Of a stretch of DNA of 64,000 bases, positions 55,345-64,000 are shown piece after piece (the first letter of the stretch is position 1; every line of letters starts with the position of its first letter). The translations under genes were made by a program, and so were the position numbers. The DNA is from Bugula neritina (lineage: Eukaryota; Animalia; Bryozoa). A model generated the notes under the pieces. The model saw only the letters and a program-made list of their open reading frames with translations. It ran no database searches and was not told where the DNA came from. Location: assembly GCA_964035545.1 (NCBI GenBank), contig OZ037765.1, forward strand, positions 32,983,504 to 33,047,503, given 5' to 3'.

Positions 55345-55500
55345 AGTTACTATCCTGTGAGAACCCCTATTAGGGGCAATGAAGAAATTATAATGATTGA
55401 ATGCCCTTCCTGACATCAGCACTGGCCTTTATTAAGAATAAAACCATCGGCCTTGTGTTTATTTACTAGGTCAGGATTCTAACCATTACACCACAGCTGC
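55345..55500 (-). mobile_element. Possible decayed tRNA-derived SINE
   Basis: Minus strand reads GCAGCTGTGGTGTAATGGTTAG (A-box-like). A similar head lies on the minus strand at about 520-588. The B box is degenerate. Confidence 0.35.
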
Positions 55501-56798
55501 TCTCACTAGCAGATAATTTTTATCATTGTCTATAAGTTTATTGTAATATCTAGGCAGAGAGGTTTTTTTAGCATTAGAGCTTTGCTTTATTTACTTCTCA
55601 GTGTATGTAATAAAAATTGAACTTTAAGATAGAGAAATAATAGAATTAAAAGACAGCCTATAGCAGAACTACCTAAAAATTTGTAATAAGGATACATTTT
55701 GAGTTGGTATGCAAGGATAATCCTTCGCAAATGTTTACTCATGATAGGTCATTTTCTGTTAAATGTACTTTATTAAGGGAACATCAGATTATTGACAACA
55801 ATAAAATCGCTTCAAAAATTACCTTGGGAGAAAGGGAAATACAAATAATAAAACTTTAATATTCAGTAGCACTAAAGAAGAGATAAATTAGCTGCAAGAC
55901 CTGGTGTAACATTACGGTACTATTTTATATAGAGTGGCAATAGTAGGAGATTAAAAATTCTGGCCAGCCAACAAATATAACCTAGCTATAAAAATTAAGG
56001 CCAGGTGTCCAAACTTTTACACATGACCGTAAATAATCTTGACTAAAAACTCAGAAAAGACTTGTTTTAACCGCTGAGAATCAAAATATATTTTACTTTA
56101 GTATAACTGCTGTGTTCCAGAATTGAAAATATCAATCAATTATATGCAACCAAGAATTGCTTGGACCTGTTTCAGTTTTAGTAATGTTGTTGCAATTTAC
56201 AGCCAACAATCACTGAATTTCCAAACTTCATATTGTTTGAAGAAATTTGTCATTTAGTGCATGCGGGAACAGTGTCATTCGAATAATACCATACCTTCAT
56301 ACAGGCAAAATCTCATTTGAATGGTTCATTGGAATAAAATATTGGTTCATATATATTGAATGCATGAGAACATGCGGGCTCTTAGCATAAATCTTATAAA
56401 ATCTACAGAATTGAATTTAAGGTGCTCCTACAAATTGTTTCACACCAGCTAGAAAAGTTTTCATTCATAAGTAAAATCTTTAAACAAATTATTATTGCTT
56501 TAAGCTGTGCTGCACTTTCAATGAATTGTATATATAGTGTAGCTGCACTGGGTTTACACAAACTTGTGTAGAATTCAAATTATAGTTGGCTAAAATATGT
56601 TTCGTATTTAAAAACACTGTGAATCTTCATTGTATTTTACTGAACTGATCCATATTGTGTATATATATAGTACATGGAAAGTTTAATTAATTCATATATA
56701 AATTTATAATTACAATTCTTATGAAACTACAAAACTACATTTTTCTAAAGAAAACTTTGCTAAATTGTAGTATCAAATACTATATATTTATAATGCAG

Positions 56799-58798
56799 TA
56801 TTGTGAATCTATTCAACCTCAAGTCTCTGAATAGTTCCGATAATGAGATCACATGTCTCCCCAGTAACTTCAGCCAATTATCTAGCTTGAAACATCTTGA
56901 CCTCTTTGGAAATGATAACCTGAAAGTTCTGACACCAGAGATAGCTGACATGCCTCTACTAACACATATAGATACTAAGGGTTGTGAGTCATTGACTTCA
57001 CCACCATATGAAGTTTGTCAACAAGGAGCAGGTGCTATCAAACAATACTACACAGACATTAGAAACAATGACAGTATAGAGGTTTCCATGGTAACCGTTG
57101 CTGTCATTGGTCAGACTATGTCAGGTAAAACTAGTCTGATTAAGACACTACAGAGTACAGATAGAACCAGAGTTCTTACTCACAGAGTAGATGGTGGACT
57201 TGATGATGATACAACTCATGTATTCAAAATGGAAGATGTTTGTGTAGATAATGATGTGCTGCGATTCATTGACTTTGGAGGTCATGAAATCTATCAGTCA
57301 ACATATTAGTTGATGCTGAAAGCAAGTTGCATTCCAATAGTTGTCGTCAGTCTGGAGCAGTATGAAGCCCTGCAGCATGATATTGGTGGTAATGAGGCAG
57401 TGAGACGACTGTACTTTGATTGGTTGTCACATCTCTACCTGACCTACCCTAACCTTGGACCTCCTACACTGGTGTTGACTCATTTGGATAAAATAGATGA
57501 AAGCGAGCTTGAGGCCATTGAAGAGAGCTTCTTTTATCATACCAAGTCTGTTTTTGAAATCATCAGTCGCGATGAAAAATGCAAGTGGAAAGATGGCGGT
57601 GCTTTTTCAACAATTAAACATTTTGAAGGAAAGAATATGTTCAGAGCTGAAGATATTTATAAGGTTGGAAGCGCTTACTGTGAATCTTTTATACAGCTAA
57701 AGAAGAGATTGCTGAGAGAGAGTAAGCAGTTTGTGAAAGCAATACCAACAACCTGGGTGGAAGTTGAACAAGCCTTGAAGAAGTTTGACAAAGGCCACAA
57801 ATCATTCCAAGACATCTTCAGCCAGTTTTCCAAGAGCATCTCATTAACAGAAAATCAACTTGACATCATCCTGACATACATGCACAACTGTGGCATGTTG
57901 CTCTGGTACAAGGAGGATGTGGATTTGCGTCTTTACATATTCTATCGCATCCTCATAGTTACTTCACTCCTGCAAGTTCTGTTCACTCATGATGACACAG
58001 TTTGGCAGCGGCGTCTGTCAGATTTTAGCAGTTCCACTTCGGCTGTTCAACAACTTTTTACTCTGGATGAATACAGGTCATTTGCAGATAAATTTAATTC
58101 AACAGGAATCATGCATGTTAAGCTGTTTGAACATTTGCTACGGACAGAGGCAGAATTTGTTGAGAATGCTGCCATGAGAGTTGCTGCCAACATTTTGCTG
58201 ACATTCAGAATAATGTATCACACTAAGCTAAACAATGAGGAAAGCTCCTTTATTGTGCCATACTTCTGCAAGGAGTTCCTTAGTGACAACTTACCCAACA
58301 CAGGGAGTTGTGTCACCTTTCATGCTCAGCTACGTTTTGATGGTCTTCCACTACCACAGTATGCCTACCACCAGCTTGCTGTAGACATGCTCAATTCTTT
58401 CTCTCAAGAGTCAGACTCTATAACAGCCAGAAAGAATGGAGCTCGTGTGGTGGACAAAGATGTAACCTATCAGCTGGTCCATGACTACAAGTCAGGAATA
58501 GTAAACATCCGTGTTTCCTTTGACTCCAGTCAAGTCTGCAGAGCATGGAAAGTTCTGGTTGACATCACCAACTCTTCTATCAAATACGTTGAGACCAGAT
58601 GGTGTGCTTGCAAAATAGGATGCAAATTCTTCTGTCCTCATTGTGGACTAAAGGAGGACCGCCACCCTTCCAAACTCATGAATCCCTCCTGGATCCTGTA
58701 TCGTGGCAAAAGAGAGAAATCTACTCTCCACTCATCTGAGGCTAAACACTTCACATGTAAGAAAGATCCCTCTGCACCTGAGTGTCTCCTCAACCCTA
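56799..58798 (+). CDS. Gene B large exon: terminal LRRs, Roc and COR (in-frame stop at 57307)
   Basis: Same G1/G3/G4 motifs as A. The two ORF-track pieces 56803-57309 and 57310-58818 are contiguous and in the same frame. Confidence 0.9.
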
Positions 58799-59639
58799 GT
58801 GAGTATCACATACTGTAATCATATTCTGATTGACTATATTCACATTTTATAAGCTCTTATGTATGCAACTATTATATCATTTGAGTAAGGTTTCATTACT
58901 TTATAATAGTTCAATATGTAGTTGTGTGTTCATCAATACATTCATATTACTTTTTACAGTCGCCAGTTTATCTGAAGAGCAGAAAGAAAATCTTTCAAGC
59001 TTTCTCAGCAAATATAAAAGATTTAACAGTTCTGAAGGTAAATAATATACTTTTCTCATACTATGTTGAAATAGTTAGATGACTAACAATTCAACTTGCA
59101 TCATGATCTCTGTTATATTTTATAAAGACATGTTATTATGTAATAATGTCCGTTAATGGAATGTGTTAATGTAATGCTGACACATACCATTTTATTCTGT
59201 GCAATCTATCATAGCGGTGTACTACTGAACAATCAATAACAATCTTATCTTAGAATTGCGTATATACAGTACATAGTAAATATTATAGCATGCTTTATGC
59301 TAACCTGTATTACTTTAGATGAGACTCAAGTTGAATCTGATGCTGACAGCGACCTTTCTGATCATGAAGATTTCTTCCTTCCTGGAGAAGAACACTATAT
59401 CAAGATGGAGGTTTCTGTAACCAGAAGAGAAAAGATTAAACAACTCTTCTATTCTAATCAGGTAACTTAAGTTTCTAATGAATTTTATGTCAGCAGTACA
59501 AGATATACTTCCAACAGACTTAATACTCGCATATACACTTGAAGTGGCATTATAGTTCAACAAGTAGAAATTGGGACAGTTTGTGTTTTTCTCACTTTTC
59601 TATGTATATATCTACATACAGAACTTTAGGTTAATTATA

Positions 59640-59745
59640 TGTGTGTATACATGTGTTTGCAGTATGTGTGTGAGTGTTTTTGTGTATGTTTGCAGTATAT
59701 GTGTATGTGTGTCTGTGTGTGCGTGTGTGTGTGCGTGTGTGTGCC

Positions 59746-59784
<39 letters not shown>

Positions 59785-59830
59785 GCGTGTGCGTGTGTGT
59801 GTGTGTGTGTATGCTCGTATTTGTGTATGC
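59640..59830. repeat. (TG)n-rich microsatellite
   Basis: Direct reading. Confidence 0.9.
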
Positions 59831-60641
59831 GTATGAGTCTGTAGAAGTCAGATAAACATTCGGACACAATGACTCAGTCACGAGGAGAGTGTACGTAGCT
59901 TCCATTTAGGTTGTGATTACTAGGTTTATAGTTTCTCATCAGCCTTATCCTTCCCATCAATCTGTGTAGTAACTTCAGAGAACAAAATCCTGTTCCTGAC
60001 ATATTTATAACTGGTTGGACTTGTGCCAAAGTGTCGACAATTATAACCATAGAATGTCTCTACTTTTCATTTAATTTGGAATCATAAAGTTTCTAGTCAG
60101 ATGCGGATCAACTCTGATAACATAATGTACATCTTTAAATTGACAAATCAAATAACCATAGATGCTGGTAAATAATAAAATATAACATCTGGTGAAATTA
60201 AAGGTTTTGGCTAGGCGAGCATAGTTTACACATGATCTATGGGTATTCGAATCTAGCATGAAGACACGCGGAAATTATTCACCTCTACATGATATATACT
60301 GCATTTAATAGAACCTGGCATGAATAAATTAAGGCTCTTCCATCTTATATATTGAAGTTGACCTCATCAAATATTAGAATCTCTCATTGGCTCAGCTGAA
60401 CTAGATTTGCTATTAGTTTATTCTCTAAGAGTCAACTTTGTTCATATACCTGTTCTTTGGCTATGTGCTGTCTGAACTGAAAATCAGGGTGTAGTAATAA
60501 TAACTCTTTATCATTATACAACTACTAATTAAACCTGGTGTAGTGTAAGCCCATTATCTCACTATACAGAAAGTAAGGTTACTATGAATTACACAGTTTA
60601 GCAGTTGTTCTGATGTACAACTATATAGTGTATGTATGAAG

Positions 60642-62712
60642 GTGTACAGAATGAGTGAGACTGTAAGAGGGAGAGCTCTGATTATCAACAACAACACTTT
60701 CTCTGAATCCTCTCAGCTTCATAGAAAGGGTTCCCTGAAAGATGTGTCCAATATTCGGACAATTTTGGCACTTCTGGACTTTGAGGTAGATGTGAGACAT
60801 GACAGAACCGCTGAGGTGACTAAATACCTTTATTTTATTTTCTGTAACTCACAGATCTACAAATAGAATTATATTATATGAAAATTATGTGTTGTTTATA
60901 GGAGATGCTGAAAGATATCAAAGAAGAAACTCAACAACCAGACAATGAAGACTATGGTATGCATGTCACTGTACTCATGTCTCATGGTGGAACATTTGGT
61001 GCTCACGGAATTCTCTACGGAACTGATGAGAAACCGGTCAAGCTCACAGAAATCTTTGATCTGTTGTCTTCTAAAAACTTCAAGCACATGGCTGGTAAAC
61101 CCAAAGTGGTGATTGTGGTGGCTTGTAGAAGTGGTGAGTAGAGTTTTTACTTATTCCTGCTTTACAAGCTCTTTTGAATCTGTTGTGTGTTTTACTCTCT
61201 AACTCATTGTTACTAAAGGAGGATAGAGACTTTCAGCATTTTTCTCATACATGGTAAAGCATTCTATTAACAGAACATCCCTTTGACTTTTGGATTACTA
61301 AATCTGAAATCTGACTGAATCTAAATAAATTTTTTTTGAACGGATGCTTTTGAATTTTAAAAATATGTCTGACATTTGTAAGTTGTAGCACTTACAGTAT
61401 GTTGTAGCCTGTATTTTATACTGTTTACAAATGAACTTTTAAACTGGAGTTTGGGGGTCACTAAATCGCAGCTAGACTATACATCTATCTAGCATAGAAC
61501 AATGTGCGTACAGGAAGTAATTTGATATCTTTGATTTTTTTGTTTCTCTCTTTCTCCATTTCTTCTGCTAATCAAGAAAAGCGAAACTGTAAGATATCAA
61601 TTGTTTTAGTTGTAAATTGGTACCTGTTATAGTTGAAACAGATGACATAATGGAGAGAGTAGCTACTGAGACCAGAGACAGCTCAGGTCAACAGGAAGTT
61701 GAAACAAGTCAGCAAACTGAAAGTAGACCAAGGAACCTGGATGTTGACGATCTGTTGATACTTCAATCTTGTTTTGATGGTAAGTTGCTGCCTAAATGTA
61801 TTTGATTGCAACCCATTTTTCTCAATCTGTTTTTTAACGTTTATTTGTGAAATTAAAGTAAATTGATGTTAAAAATTTAAGTGTAATTTGGGAACTTTAG
61901 CTATATTGATTACTTTGGCTTTTTATGTGGTTATTAGCTAAAAAAATAAACTTTGCTTCTTTATCTAAAATTCTTTTACAGCTGTTGGACTATTTTTCAT
62001 ATTCTATTACCCGAGTTCATCTTCAGTGCTCCTAGTGTCTCTCTGTTTTCTCTGACTTGTGTCACTAGCTGGCGGAACTCATATTTACTGTCAAACATGT
62101 TGAAACTCAAGAACTAAAAATAACAGAACTTTAGTTTTATAGAAATAATATAATGAAGTATTCTCTCCTATTTCAGCTACTCTCAGCTTTGTTCAGATAT
62201 GTTTCATATATACCACGTGTTGTACATTTAGGTAGAAGCTCCATACGTCACTCAAACTACGGGACTCCATTCATCAGAGAGCTGGTCAAAACTCTGTACA
62301 AACACTCTTCTCACACAGATCTTGCTACTCTGTTTTATCTGGTGAGTGTTTTATACTCTCTTATTGTTCAACTCATCATCACTCCATGAAACTACATAAA
62401 GCTCGTCTATACAGCTGTGATACAAATGATTGCTACAACAAACTACACTCTTTGTATCTCAATAAACAGCACAATGTCTCAACAAATAACACTTTCCAAC
62501 TTGCTCTGAAATGCTCTGCAGTGACTCATAGCTCTAGTCTGAAAGATATCACATTGCAGGTACAAGACAGAGTCAGAAAAGTGACAAGAAAGCTTGCTGG
62601 GACAGAGAGAAATGTTGAGAAGCAGACACCAATGGTATTCAGCACTCTCACTAACATGAGAAAGGTTTTACTGTTTCCCAAATACAAGATCTCTCCTCAG
62701 TTTGAGATCTGA
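60642..62712 (+). CDS. Gene B caspase domain exons
   Basis: RGRALIINN, RKGSLKD, LMSHG, GKPKVVIVVACRS (Cys at 61124), DLLILQS, SIR, GTPFI, QTP..STLT..KVLLFP. Confidence 0.9.
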
Positions 62713-64000
62713 TGTATTCTCAGTGAACTGAGCTCTATGTGGTGTAAGCAAGCAGCCCATTTTACAGTGTGTCATACCAGTTTCCTGGTGTCACATCATA
62801 TGACACATTGCAGACTGAGAGCACTGTGTGTACATGTCATACAGCCATTATCATGTCAATAAACTGGAGCCCATCAAGTAGTTACTTACCTCTAATAATA
62901 TAGTTTTATTCTAATACTGTTGACAATCAATTTAAATCTTTATTCCGCATAGGTTGTGTGTTGTATTTACTATAATAATTACATATCCAACTTAGAGAGA
63001 TCTTGCTTACACTAGCTATACATTTTGATTTTAAAATTGCACCTTGTTGACACTATAACATTTAATTATTATCCCCAAGTAATTGTCAAAATCTGCTAAA
63101 AGTGCTGAGACTGCATTAACTGCTAGTTTATGTGAGTTGCTAATATCTAATTATGTTTATGTTTACATTACACACTACATGAGATATGGACTATGATTTA
63201 GATTTAAAATTTATATCTGCAAGCTCTACGCTATTGTTCACTAGCAAATAGCTTATTTACGAATTTCATGTTATTACTCTCACCGCTTAAAGTAAAACTG
63301 TTGCATTGGATTCGGCTTTTAAATTCAATTTTTTGGTGTGATTCTTTTAGTACCTTATTGCATTGTTTCTGTAATAGTACTTTGCTATACACTTAGTTAT
63401 AGTTTTGAAATATGTTAACATTAGTTCCATGATTTATCTTCCCTAAATAAAACTGTGAGTTGTCTGTCTGTTTTACAATACTTTTCTATTTTGAATTCAT
63501 ACGCATAGCTTTATAGAGATACATGTGACTATATATTTAAGAGCTATAGTTAGGTTAATTTCTTACTTACTCATTGTTATGTTAATTTGGTTTAAATAAC
63601 TTTTTGTGAGCTTCAAAAAGCTATTTAAAAATGCAGCTAGTTGTTTTATAGCTAAGTGATTGAACAAACCAATTCAGGTAAATATAATTTATGATGCTGT
63701 ACGCGTGCCATCTAGTTACTGATTGTAACTATTTGTTATCAACTATCACTTGTCTACTAAAAGCTTTAGAAAAATTAGTTGGATGTTGTATAATATATTT
63801 AAAGGAGTGCATATTGTTGTGCAACGCACAATAGTTATGTGGGCTTTCTAGTGAGTCCAATTAGCATCTATAGTCACTGATAACTCAATAGTAGTTTCAC
63901 TTAGAGTCTTTATTATAACCATATAATACAATGCAAAAATATCTCTATGGATCACTGTAATTGCTACCTTACATAGCTTCTAGTTACGCTCGAACTAACT

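Overview
AT-rich animal (invertebrate-type) genomic DNA with GT-AG introns. The main content is two head-to-tail, + strand paralogues of a multi-exon gene that splices in frame into N-cap - LRR array - Roc GTPase - COR - acidic linker - caspase (p20+p10). Copy A (CDS 11276-34050) assembles to an intact 1377-aa protein. Copy B (CDS 46127-62712) has the same exon structure and phases but one in-frame TAG at 57307 inside Roc. Each copy carries six symmetric phase-2 cassette exons (138 nt, one 141 nt), each encoding two 23-aa LRRs. Their frameworks and splice flanks are near identical, while the predicted concave-face residues vary strongly. The caspase keeps the His/Cys dyad but reads LACRN (A) or VACRS (B) instead of QACxG. 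I infer a self-contained, diversifying sensor-GTPase-protease receptor, probably for innate immunity or cell death; I know of no characterised animal protein with this architecture, but I could not run a search. The rest of the window is transposon-rich. It holds a young Ty3/Gypsy element (2347-8846) with a -1 frameshift signal and a truncated 5' LTR, and a second young Gypsy (36850-41780) nested in a LINE RT. It also holds BEL/Pao and Penelope-like relics, several MITE/TIR elements, a long foldback element and many simple repeats. The species cannot be determined from the sequence alone.
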